64,000 nt of DNA, taken from positions 320,001 through 384,000 of the forward strand of contig CAWJTV010000029.1 in NCBI GenBank assembly GCA_963845755.1. Reading direction: 5' to 3'. Both the position numbers and the translations under genes were made by a program. Source of the DNA: an uncultured Planctomycetota bacterium. Lineage in GTDB: Bacteria > Planctomycetota > Planctomycetia > Isosphaerales > Isosphaeraceae. Shown here in pieces: positions 54,400 to 64,000 of the stretch. A model generated the notes under the pieces. The model did no database searches and was not told the DNA's origin. It saw only the letters and a program-made list of their open reading frames with translations. Position 1 is the first letter of the stretch. Every line of letters begins with the position of its first letter.

Positions 54400-56467
54400 A
54401 TGGCTAACGTCAATGCAATCGGGGAGCAACTGATGAGGCTGGGCTTACGTCACGGCGAGAAGGCCGGGATTGCCATTGCCTCGATGGTCTTCTTCTTCTG
54501 CGTGGCGGGTGCGGTGACCCGTCCCACGATCGAGACGTCGCCCGAAAAGGTCAAGAAAGCGGCCGATGCGTCCGACCAGAACCTCAACCGTCGCGAGGAG
54601 CGCGAGACGATCATCAAGAACCTCGAGGAACGCGAGAAGATCACCAAGACCGACTTCGCGGGGGCGGTCGAGGAGCAGATCAAGCTGACGTTGCTCGCGG
54701 ACAATTACAAGGCGGCCCGCCCGTGGGTCACGCCGGAACCCGGCGCCGGACTGATCCGCGATCAGCCCAAGCTAATCGCGCCGAGCGAGGTCTACGCATA
54801 CCCCGGCCGTGGGGGCCTGCTGGTCTTCGCGCTGGATAAGGAGGGGGAAAAGATCGCGCTGAAGGACGGCGATGAGAAGGAGGAGCAGAAGCAGAAATAC
54901 GGCCGGGTGAAGAAGAAGAAGAGAGGCGGCGGCATGGGCGGCGGCATGGGCGGCGGCATGATGGGCGGCGGCCAGCGCAAGAAGAAGAAAGGCAAGAGCA
55001 AGGCCGAGATCGCACGCGAAGACGCGGAGGAAGCGGCCCGCGAGGCGAAACGGAAAGCGATCACGCTCCAAGGGGGCACGGTGGCCGACACCAAGGAGAC
55101 GAAAGCCGCGGACGCCGCGGAGAACACGCACGACTTCAAGGAGATCACCAAGGGTTACCGCTGGGTGGCCATCACCGGCATCCTCGACCACGGTCAGATG
55201 CTGGAGAATTACCGCGCCGCCCTGAAGAACCCCGCGGTGGCTCATCCGAATTACGCGCGGCTTGACGTTCAGCGAAAGATCCTCCAGGTCGACGGGACCT
55301 GGACCGAATGGCAGGACGTTCGACGCGGGTAAGAACATGGATATCCTCGACAACATCCCGGAGACCGATGAGGAGTTTGCTCCGACTACGGTCCTGCCCG
55401 AGGGTCTGGTCGATCCTCTCCCCTTCCTCCAGCAAGGCTTGTGGGAAAAGGTGCACATCGCCAGCCTCGTGCCCAAGGAGAAGGTCGAAGCACCCGAACC
55501 GACATCGCCCGCGGGCGGCATGGGTTCCATGGGTAGCATGGGTGGTATGAACCAGAGTGGGAGTAACATGCCTGGGATGAACGCCATGCGCCGGCAGCAG
55601 GGCATGATGAACCAGATGATGAATCGTGGTGGCATGGGTGGACCAGGTGGCATGGGTGCCATGGGTGGACCAGGCGGCATGGGTGCCATGGGTGGAATGA
55701 TGGGCATGGGCGGCTCTTCGGAGTCGGCCGGGAACTACTGGAAATCGGACGAGAAGAAAGTGATGATCCGGTCGCTCGACTTCACCGTCGAACGCGATAC
55801 CACCTATCGTTTCCGGGTGCGGATCGTGGTATGGAACCCCAACTACCAGCGCGATGACGTCAGCGCCGGCACGGATAAGACATCCAAGACGCTCAAGGGG
55901 CCCTGGAGCAAGGAAACCGACGAGGTGACCATGCCGCCCGATGTGATGCCCTATGCGATGGATACCCTGCTGCCAGGCGCACTCCCCATCAGCGACACCA
56001 AGGTCCGCTTCCAGGTCGTCCGATTCAATCCCTCCGACGGCGCGACGGTCCCGCACACGTTCGAGTCCACCGTGGGTGAACTCATCGGCGATTTCCGAAA
56101 GGATGAGGTGCCCGTCTCGGACGGCTCGGGGAAGAAGTCCGAACCGATCGACTTCACCACACACCAGGTCGTCCTGGATGTCTCCGGGGGTGGAAAGCCA
56201 CTGCTCTTACCCTCGGGTATCGTCGGGCCACCGATCACTCGTCCCACGCTGGCGACCCTGCTCCGGCCGGACGGCTCCATCGCCGTTCACGGTCAGCCGG
56301 ACGACGTCGCTAACGAAGTCCGTAAGGACATCGAGGCCAACTACCGGCATGAGATCGAACAGTCCGACAAGAAGCGCGAACACTCGTCGGGTTCGGGCAT
56401 GTCAGGCATGATGCAAAGCATGATGGGCAGCATGATGAGTGGTGGCCGTGGTGGCGGCAGGAGGTAA
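54400..56467 (+). CDS. membrane-anchored Gly/Met-rich protein of the pilM operon (frameshift ~55320)
   Basis: RHGEK plus TM, MIRSLDFTVERDTTYRFRVRIVVWNPNY (FN3-like) and GM tracts. GAGGAG upstream. Confidence 0.7.
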
Positions 56468-56525
56468 GCGGTCTCCGTCGGGCGCGGGTCTCACGACCTG
56501 GCCCCTCGAGTTGGTCTGACCTCAT

Positions 56526-56640
56526 GCGGCCTTCGCTCCGGTCGCAACCCAGGAGATATTTCCGATTCCCGATTCAAGATCCAGGAATCCTATCGTTGGA
56601 ATTCTTGGATCTTGAATCGGGAATCTCGAATCGAGGATTC
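56526..56640. repeat. heptamer-based palindromic element related to 20391-20667
   Basis: gcggccttcg..gcaacc leader, then gattcccgattcaagatcca and tggatcttgaatcgggaatc. Confidence 0.7.
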
Positions 56641-56927
56641 CCCCGATGAGCGCAAGTCACAGGGCTCGGACCGACGAGGTTCCCCGGCGGTAGAATCGAC
56701 GTTGCGATCCGCGCGCCCCCGCTCATCGATCGTCACATCGCCCGTGCCAACCCCCTCGCAGTCATTTCGTCGGCGCACGGGCTATCGCCGTCTGGCGGAC
56801 GGCGCTCCCACTCCCGATCGCCTGAGGCCGGCAACCCCTCGAACGAGAAGGCGATCTTCTCCAAGACCTTGACCGGTCGAGGGATCCGATATTACGATTG
56901 TCCGAATCGGAGGCCGGGAGGTGGTGC

Positions 56928-57425
56928 ATGCTCCTCTACGTGATCTGCGAGGCGTGTGGGATCGCCGGGAACGTCCTGGTCGCGGATGAGGCGAATCTTC
57001 CGCGATGCCCGCGATGCGAGGGGCGACTCTCGGTCGGGGCGAAGGGGGGCGCGGGGCGAGGCCATGAGGAACGGGGCTTCGACGAGGAGATCGTCGCGTG
57101 GGTCTCCCAGCCCTCCGAATTGGCGGCCTCGCACCCGGACAGTGATGTGGTCTGTCGTTCGTGCGGTTGGGCCGGCGTGATGCCGTTCGATTCGGATCGG
57201 GGAGATTCCATCTGCCCGGCGTGTCTGGCGGTCTACTGGATGAAGCCGCCGCCCGGCCATCACAGCGTGGCCTGCCCGGGCTGCGGACAGCCCGTCGAGT
57301 ACTCGGATCTCGATCGCGGCAAGACCATCCTCTGTGGCGCATGCAACTACTTCCTGGGATGCCTCGTCGCGCCCGAGAAGCACGCCTATCGAAATCGTCG
57401 GCGCAGGCCTGCGGTGACCCGGTAA
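56928..57425 (+). CDS. hypothetical protein with three putative zinc ribbons
   Basis: CEAC..CPRC, CRSC..CPAC and CPGC..CGAC. GGAGG before the ATG. Confidence 0.7.
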   Translation: MLLYVICEACGIAGNVLVADEANLPRCPRCEGRLSVGAKGGAGRGHEERGFDEEIVAWVSQPSELAASHPDSDVVCRSCGWAGVMPFDSDRGDSICPACLAVYWMKPPPGHHSVACPGCGQPVEYSDLDRGKTILCGACNYFLGCLVAPEKHAYRNRRRRPAVTR

Positions 57426-57479
57426 GCCCAGCCGATCCGCGTTGACGCCGATCGAGCGACCGTGAACCTCGCGACGCGA

Positions 57480-58343
57480 TCAGCGCGGGGAGAGTGCCAG
57501 GATCACGACCCAGTACGGGATGCCGTCTTCATCCACGGCCACGGCGATCCCGACCCGATCGTAGTGGGCCAGCAGGGTCTCGCGATCCTCGCGGCGTTCG
57601 AGCGAGGACTTGACGACCTGAGCCGGATCGCTCTCGCCGGAGGAGAGACTCATGCCGAACGTTCGCGCGCGGTAACCCTGCTCCTTGAGGAGATCGAAGG
57701 GAGACTGCCCGTCGCGATTCTTACCGTCGACGGTATGTCGCGCGGCGAGGTCGCGTGCGAACTCGTCGGCGACTCGAGTGAGTTTCGGGTCCGCTTTCAC
57801 GCTCGATCGCTTGGCCTCGGACCGCGTCCGGTTCAAGGCCGCGATCATCGCGGCGGAGGCCTTGGTGGTATCGACCGTGGGCCTCGGCCGAGCGAAGTTG
57901 ACACACCAGTACTGGTGGCCTTCTGAGTCCGGGACCATCGCCACGCCGATCTCGGAGAATAGCTTGTCCAGGATATTCTTGAGATGCGGCGGGCTGTCCA
58001 ACCACAATTGCATCGCCTGGTCGCTCGTCTCGGCTGTCGCGATGTTCTCACCGACTTCCTGATAGTGATAACCCCGTTGTTTCACCCGCTTGGAGACGGT
58101 CGAGCCGTCGCTCCCATCATGGCTCATCTTCTGATGTTCGGCCATGTCTCGGGCGTGCGCGCGCGCGGCCTCGGTGAGCTGGGCATTGACCTTCAGCGGC
58201 GGCAGTTTGGCCTCGGCGCGCACGCGATTGTGCGCCTCGATCACAGTCGTCACGTCGCGAGACTCGGGCTTCTCCTGGCCGATCGTCGCGAGCGCCGTGA
58301 ACACGACGGTTGGCCACCAGACGTTTGCGGAAAAAAGTCGCAT
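57480..58343 (-). CDS. exported tandem CAP (SCP/YkwD-like) domain protein
   Basis: HNRVRAEAKLPPL, AARAHARDM, MSHDG, GENIA, WLDSPPHLKNI and YWC. The second domain is degenerate. Confidence 0.9.
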   Translation of the reverse strand: MRLFSANVWWPTVVFTALATIGQEKPESRDVTTVIEAHNRVRAEAKLPPLKVNAQLTEAARAHARDMAEHQKMSHDGSDGSTVSKRVKQRGYHYQEVGENIATAETSDQAMQLWLDSPPHLKNILDKLFSEIGVAMVPDSEGHQYWCVNFARPRPTVDTTKASAAMIAALNRTRSEAKRSSVKADPKLTRVADEFARDLAARHTVDGKNRDGQSPFDLLKEQGYRARTFGMSLSSGESDPAQVVKSSLERREDRETLLAHYDRVGIAVAVDEDGIPYWVVILALSPR

Positions 58344-58622
58344 AGTCCACCCCCTGAAGGATTTGACCGAACCACCCGTTGAAGTCTATGGTCGCCCGAG
58401 ACCATCTTCAAGGTTCGGCCGGACTCTGGTTGCACCGCCCCGACCGGGATGACCGCTACACGCCTGACTGCCCTCTGGCGACCGACGTGGGATTTGATGA
58501 TAATCCAGCGACGAACCCCGCCTGGACGCCATCCATCCCAAGACCATCCCTCACGACTCGGACGATCTGGCGACCTCGGTCGAGAGCCGTGAGTGGAATT
58601 TCCAACCCATCGAGGAGAACTC

Positions 58623-59945
58623 ATGGAGCGAATCATGACCCCCGCGGTCCGCAATGCTCGCGAAGCGACCGGACCGGGACGGATCGCGCCGCGGACCGGG
58701 ATGATGGTCCTCCTGGCCTCGTTCGTGATCCTGGGCTTCGAGGCGCCGGCCCGCGCGGAAGGCGCGTTTGCGATCCGGGATGGCGATCGCGTCGTCTTCT
58801 ACGGGGACAGCATCACCGATCAGCGGCTCTACACAACGTTCGTCGAGACTTTCATCGTGACGCGGTTCCCGTCGATGAACGTCGCGTTCGTGCACTCGGG
58901 TTGGGGTGGCGACCGGGTCACCGGCGGAGGCGGCGGCCCGATCGACCGCCGGCTGGAACGGGACGTGTTCGCCTACAAGCCCAGCGTCGTCACCGTCATG
59001 CTGGGCATGAACGACGCCAGTTATCAGCCATTCAAGCAATCGATCTTCGATGTCTACACCAATGGCTATCAACACCTGGTGCACTCGCTCAAGGGCCACT
59101 TGCCGCAGGCGCGGATCACCCTGATCCAGCCGTCTCCGTTCGACGACGTGACGCGAAAGCCGGCCTTCGAGGGAGGATACAACCAGGTGCTCATCCGCTA
59201 TGGCGAGTTCGTCCGTTCCCTGGCCGAGAAAGAGGGGGCGATGGTGGCCGACCTGAATACCTCGGTCGTGGCGGCGCTGAAGAAGGCCCAGGAGATCGAT
59301 CCGACTCATGCCCAGGACCTCATCCACGACCGGGTCCATCCCGGCCCGTCGGGCCAGTTGCTGATGGCCGAGGCCCTCCTCAAAGCCTGGAACGCCCCCG
59401 CCGTCGTCTCCGTCGTGGAAATCGACGCCGCGACGATGAAGGTCCTGAAGAAGGAGAACACCCGGATCGACGGCCTCACGACCCATGGGACGATCTCCTG
59501 GACGCAGCGCGATTCGGCTTTGCCCATGCCGATCGACCTCAAAGACCGGATGATCGAGCTGGCCGTCAAGGCATCCGATGTCGAGCAGGCGCTGAATCAA
59601 GAGATCCTGAAGGTCGACGGCCTCGAGGCAGCGCGCTATCGGCTCAAGATCGACGGCCAGGACCTGGGCGATCTGACCAGGGATCAGCTCGCCGCGGGGG
59701 TGAACCTCGCGGAGCACGCCACCCCGATGTTTCGACAGGCCGCCGCTGTACACGAGCTGACATTAGAACATAACACCATCCATTTTCAGCGATGGCGCAT
59801 GCTCCAGGTGCCGTTCGCGGGGCAGACTTATCCGAACTTGCACAAGGCGGAGGACGACCTCGATGCCCTCGAGGCCGACCTTGTCCTCGACCAGCGGGCC
59901 AAGGCCAGGCCGGTCCCGCATCGATTCGAGCTGGTTCCCCGGTGA
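58623..59945 (+). CDS. exported SGNH/GDSL hydrolase
   Basis: FYGDSIT, SGWGGD, LGMND and DRVHPG. Confidence 0.9.
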   Translation: MERIMTPAVRNAREATGPGRIAPRTGMMVLLASFVILGFEAPARAEGAFAIRDGDRVVFYGDSITDQRLYTTFVETFIVTRFPSMNVAFVHSGWGGDRVTGGGGGPIDRRLERDVFAYKPSVVTVMLGMNDASYQPFKQSIFDVYTNGYQHLVHSLKGHLPQARITLIQPSPFDDVTRKPAFEGGYNQVLIRYGEFVRSLAEKEGAMVADLNTSVVAALKKAQEIDPTHAQDLIHDRVHPGPSGQLLMAEALLKAWNAPAVVSVVEIDAATMKVLKKENTRIDGLTTHGTISWTQRDSALPMPIDLKDRMIELAVKASDVEQALNQEILKVDGLEAARYRLKIDGQDLGDLTRDQLAAGVNLAEHATPMFRQAAAVHELTLEHNTIHFQRWRMLQVPFAGQTYPNLHKAEDDLDALEADLVLDQRAKARPVPHRFELVPR

Positions 59946-60004
59946 TCGACGAGCCGGCCCGTCGCCTCCGATCGGATCGGCGATGCGCCGTTGGAGTTCA
60001 CGCC

Positions 60005-61539
60005 ATGATGCACCGTGCCCGAGCATTCGGACTGACGATCGCGCTGCTGGCCGCTTCCGGCGCGTTCGCGAGAGTTCAAGGCCAGCCAGCAGCTCCAACC
60101 AGGGCCGGTTTCGCCGAGCGCGACATCACGCCCGAGATCGGCATGGAGGCGCCCGGCGGTTATGGCAAGGCGTACCATCGCACGATCCACGACCCCTGCA
60201 AGGTGCGCGCGGCCGTCTTCGACGACGGCCGATCGCGGGTCGCGCTGGTGGGCATCGATGCACTCGGCATCCGTCGGGACACGGTCCAGAAGGTCCGTCG
60301 TGCCGTCCAGGACAAGACCGGGATCCCGGGAGAATCGATCCTGATCGGCGCCTCGCACTCGCATTCCTCCGGGCCGCTCGTCTGGACCCTTCGCGGCGAG
60401 TACGACCATGTCTCTCCGTTCGTCCAGCGGCTGGCTTATGAAGAGTCCACGATCGCCGACCCGAAGTACGTGGCCAGGGTCGAGCAAGCCCTGATCGACG
60501 CGATCGTCCAGGCCAACGATCGCCGGATGGAGGCGCGTGCAGGCGTCGGCAAGGGCGTGGAGGGGACGGTCGCCTTCAACCGCCGATTCGTCATGCGCGA
60601 CGGGCGGACGGTGACTCATCCCGGCCTGGGTAACCCCGACATCGTCGAGCCGGCCGGACCGGTCGATCCGGAAGTCGGCGTGATCGGTGCCTGGGACGCC
60701 AAGGATCCCCATCATCTGCTCGGCTGCATCGTCAATTTCGCCTGCCACGCCACCACGAGTCCGGGCGGGATCTCGGCCAATTACATTTATTACCTGGAGA
60801 AGGTGATCCAGGGTTATTACGGCAAGGATGCCGTGGTCGTCTTCCTGGCCGGCGCCTCGGGCGACATCACCCAGGTCGACAACCGGAGCCCCCACGCGTA
60901 TCCCGACGGCGAGCGCTGGGCCCAGCTCGTCGGCGGCAAGGTCGGTGCCGAGGCGCTCAAGGTCCTGCTCACGATCCAGCCCGGCACGCTCGCGCCGGTG
61001 GCGGCCCGCAGCCGGGTCTGGGAGATCCCGCGAAGGCCCCCGTCCCCCGAGCGCGTGCAGGCTGCCTCCGAGATTGTCCGAGGGAAAAGGGAAGCCGTGG
61101 ACGCGACGACCCGGACGTTCGCCAAGGAGACCCTTGTGCTCAATGCCCTCCTGAAGAAGAGCCCGACGGCCGAGGTCGAGGTGCAGGCTGTCCAGGTCGG
61201 GCCGGCGGTCTTCGTGACGACCCCCGCCGAATACTTCTGTCGCTTCGGCCTCGAGATCAAGGCGGCCAGCGGCTTCCCGTTCACATTCCCGGTCTCGCTG
61301 GCCAACGGCTGCGTGGGCTACGTGCCGACCGAGGACGCCTTCGGCCCGAATGGCGGCGGCTACGAGACCCGCCTGACGAGCTACAGCAACCTCGAGATCA
61401 CGGCCGGCACCCAGATGCGCGATGCCGGGATTTCCCTCGCGCGACAGCTCACTCCCGGCCCGGTGCCCGAGGCGCCCAGCGGCCTCCGTTCCGGGGCGAG
61501 CCGTGGTCATACGGGAATGTTCCTCCCGAGCGGCAATAG
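60005..61539 (+). CDS. exported neutral/alkaline ceramidase-like hydrolase (probable frameshift ~61480)
   Basis: DITP, HDP, ASHSHSSGP, FNRR, GPVDPEV, NFACH, GASGD and GYVPT. The alternative frame ends EPWSYGNVPPERQ at TAG 61537-39. Confidence 0.75.
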
Positions 61540-61603
61540 ATTCGTCCTCCGTTTGCCACAGGGCGTATGCGTTCCCGGACGACAACCGCAGTCGGGCTCG
61601 AAC

Positions 61604-61765
61604 TCATCGCGCCGGCGAGAGATCGAGGAAGACAATGCTCGATGGGTTGCCGACGGCGGCGTAATGGCCGGTGAACTGGAGGCCGCCGGTGTTGCGATCG
61701 ACCCGGAAGACCGCGATATTGTCGCCGCGCTGATTGCAGCAGTAGAGGAACCGGGCGGGGCCCGG
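61604..61765 (-). pseudogene. C-terminal remnant of a lactonase-family beta-propeller
   Basis: RFLYCCNQRGDNIAVFRVDRNTGGLQFTGHYAAVGNPSSIVF with no N-terminal part. Confidence 0.7.
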
Positions 61766-61852
61766 CGTCGCCAGGGAGCAATGATTCCCCGTTCGTGCTT
61801 GGCAAACGTCCCCAGCCATGGTAATCTGTACGTTAATAATAACGAACTGATA

Positions 61853-62131
61853 ATGAGTAGCGCCCCTGACGCATAGCGACTTCAACCACCTGCTGAGCAG
61901 CATCAAGGCCCTGTCGCCGGAACAGCTGCGCCAGTTCCGCCGGCAGCTCGACCGCCAGCTCGCCCAGCCGAAGAAACGCCCCGCTTCGGTCAAGGCCGCC
62001 GCTGACGTTGAGGAAACCGCCTACGACGTGGCCAGCCGCGCGGGCTGATCGGCTGCTTCAAGGGCGCGCCGCGCTCACCCACCGACCTCGCCACCAACCC
62101 GAAGCACATGGAAGGCTTTGGACGTGATTAG
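61853..62131 (+). pseudogene. putative VapB-like antitoxin (two frameshifts)
   Basis: Joined frames end AGLIGCFKGAPRSPTDLATNPKHMEGFGRD and overlap the start of a PIN fragment. Confidence 0.6.
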
Positions 62132-62210
62132 CCGGACGCTGGCCGACACCGGCCCGCTGGTCGCCATCATCCGCACCCACAAGAAATGCACCGCCGCCTT
62201 GAAGGGTCAC
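62124..62210 (+). pseudogene. truncated PIN-domain (VapC-like) toxin
   Basis: GTG start, MISRTLADTGPLVAII..HKKC. Resemblance is lost after about 28 codons. Confidence 0.6.
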
Positions 62211-62304
62211 ACCGACAATGCGGCGCGCAGATCGTGTCCAATCTCATTTCTGCGGAACGTCGGCTCAAGCGATTCTGAAGAACCTGGGGTGGAGATTTTG
62301 TACC

Positions 62305-62835
62305 ATGGCCAAGCTCGTCTATGGAATGAACCAGTCCTTGGATGGCTACGTCAACCATCTGGAATTTAGGCCAAGCCCGGCGCTCTTTCGTCACTTCATA
62401 GAGCAAGTGCGCGACGTGACGGGCAGTGTGTACGGTCGCCGCATGTACGAGGTCATGCGTTATTGGGACGAAGACAGCCCGGATTGGGGCGCGGAGGAAC
62501 ACGACTTCGCGGCGGCGTGGCGGAGCCAGCCGAAGTGGGTTGTGTCGCGCACGTTGAAGTCGGTCGGACCCAACGCCACACTGGTCGAGGATGACATCGA
62601 GGCGGTGATACGTGGGCTGAAGGCACAGTCTGTTGGGGAGATTGAAGTTGCCGGACCAGACTTGGCAGGAAGCCTAACCAACCTTGGTCTTATTGATGAG
62701 TATCGACTTTACCTCCACCCCATCGTACTGGGTCGTGGCAAGCCATTCTTCTCCGGCCCTCGGCCGCCGCTCCGCCTTGTGACCAGCGATCTCGTTGGCG
62801 AGGACGTGATTAGGTTGACGTACGTTCCCGCTTAA
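62305..62835 (+). CDS. dihydrofolate reductase / RibD C-terminal family protein
   Basis: MNQSLDGY, YGRRMYE, KWVVSRTL and GLIDEYRLYLHPIVLGRGKPFF. Confidence 0.9.
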   Translation: MAKLVYGMNQSLDGYVNHLEFRPSPALFRHFIEQVRDVTGSVYGRRMYEVMRYWDEDSPDWGAEEHDFAAAWRSQPKWVVSRTLKSVGPNATLVEDDIEAVIRGLKAQSVGEIEVAGPDLAGSLTNLGLIDEYRLYLHPIVLGRGKPFFSGPRPPLRLVTSDLVGEDVIRLTYVPA

Positions 62836-63024
62836 TCGCGCGACTCGCCCGACGGATTGCGCCGGGGCGTCAGGTCCACTTTGGGTCATCACGGTAGAAA
62901 AGTCCCGGTGGCGCAGCGGCGCAGCATTCGACCAAAACTGACGCTGCCCGTCAGATCGAATGCCTGCCAGGACAGCTCCTTACCCTAGTTTTACCCTTTC
63001 GAGGGGTTGGGCATTAATAGGGTT

Positions 63025-63258
63025 CATCCGGATCCGCGCGTGCCGGTCTTGAAAACGGTGGAGTTGTGATCTGGCCTCGCCCACGGCGAATCCTTGGCCC
63101 GAAGGGGCCGCAACCTAACCGCCCGGGGCAACGCCCCGGGAACGGAGCCCCCAACGGGAAAATGCCCTGAAAGGGCGACACAGGTGCAGGCCGCCGGCCC
63201 GGTTTGTCTGGCGCCTTCAGGGCAGGGATTGGGGTGGGCGACGCGTCCCCGGGGCGTT
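63025..63258. repeat. second copy of the 14695-14964 element, truncated by an IS
   Basis: Near-identical up to ccccggggcgtt, where the IS-end sequence caacttattcca begins. Confidence 0.9.
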
Positions 63259-64000
63259 CAACTTATTCCATTTGGAACGTAAGTCCTTGTCGATTCACGA
63301 TCCGCACAGCATTGATCAGCAGTTTGGCCCAGACCCAACGCCACACCCGCCACGACCGGCGCACCCAGGCCGGCAGCGGACCCAGGCCGCCACCGAAGGA
63401 GGTCGCCTGGCCGAAGGATCGCTCGATCGCGCCGCGCATCGCGTAGAGGCTCTTCCCGAAATCTCCCTGCAACAGCTCGATGCAGCGGAGGCGGTACGGG
63501 CTTTGGCGGCGGTGTCCCAGTCCGGCCTTGGGGTCCTCGCGCGGGGCTACCAACTGGTAGCCCGCGGCGCCCGCCGCGTCGAAGACCGGGTTGGCGTCGT
63601 ACTCGCCATCGCCCAGCACGTAGCCACCGCCGCCGCAGTCGGCCAATTCCGGCAGCAACTGCTCGGCGGCCTTGGTCTCGGCGACATTCAGCGGTGTGAT
63701 CGAACACACCTCGGGCATCGGACGGTTGCTCCAGACGGCGTGCAATTTGTAGCCCTTGGCGATCTTGCCGGCGCCGTGGCCATTGCGGGCATCCGGATCG
63801 TGACTGGCACCACCAACCGGCAAGGGCTTACCGTCGAGGATCTGTACCAACCGCGGGGGGACTACATCGCGGAGCCGCGTCGCCAAAGTCCGCATGAGGA
63901 CGCCCACGGCCAAGCTCCGGAGTCGTCGGCTCAGAGTCGAGGGCGCGGGCAAACGACCCGGCTGGAGCGTCGTGGTCTTCCAGTGCCGAGGATCACAAGC
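63259..64000 (-). mobile_element. IS with DDE transposase (IS4/IS5/IS982-like DDE_Tnp_1 type); 5' part lies outside the window, stop codon at 63263
   Basis: LDGKPLPV..DPDARNG..GYKLHAV, GDGEYD and RGAIERSFG. Confidence 0.85.

Noticed and set aside
61540..61876. C-terminal extension of the 59792-61876 ORF
   Set aside because: Probably frameshift read-through across the antisense strand of the lactonase remnant.
1..64000. tRNA, rRNA, prophage or recognised defence systems
   Set aside because: None was recognisable by eye. A covariance-model or DefenseFinder scan would be needed to exclude them.

Overview
High-GC chromosomal window that looks planctomycete, probably Isosphaeraceae-like. This is inferred from E-x-LE-x-R-x-LLS leaders, a PVC-type heme-binding protein, an ECF sigma/Ser-Thr kinase pair, a BlaI/M56 pair and a PilM-PilN fusion operon. 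At least 15 genes, including housekeeping ones, are broken by single-base frameshifts, most likely long-read consensus errors, so split ORFs were rejoined by eye. The left 15 kb is accessory and secretome-like: an S53 protease, an M23 peptidase with a recent internal duplication, a PARG-like TIGR02452 gene, three tandem choice-of-anchor-E-like genes with different export signals, and a DUF4157 protein with an unrecognised lower-GC C-terminal domain. An intact ISKra4-like IS (19-bp IRs, 9-bp TSD) lies at 18667-20345. The middle holds core and regulatory genes plus a deacetylase/FG-GAP/PVC-heme fusion next to an enolase-family gene. The right side holds a Gly/Met-rich type IV pilus alignment operon and a decayed hotspot (lactonase and VapBC remnants, a DHFR-like gene, and a repeat element cut by an IS). 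Several palindromic repeat families fill the intergenic spaces. No rRNA, tRNA or CRISPR array was seen. All family calls come from motif recognition, not database searches.
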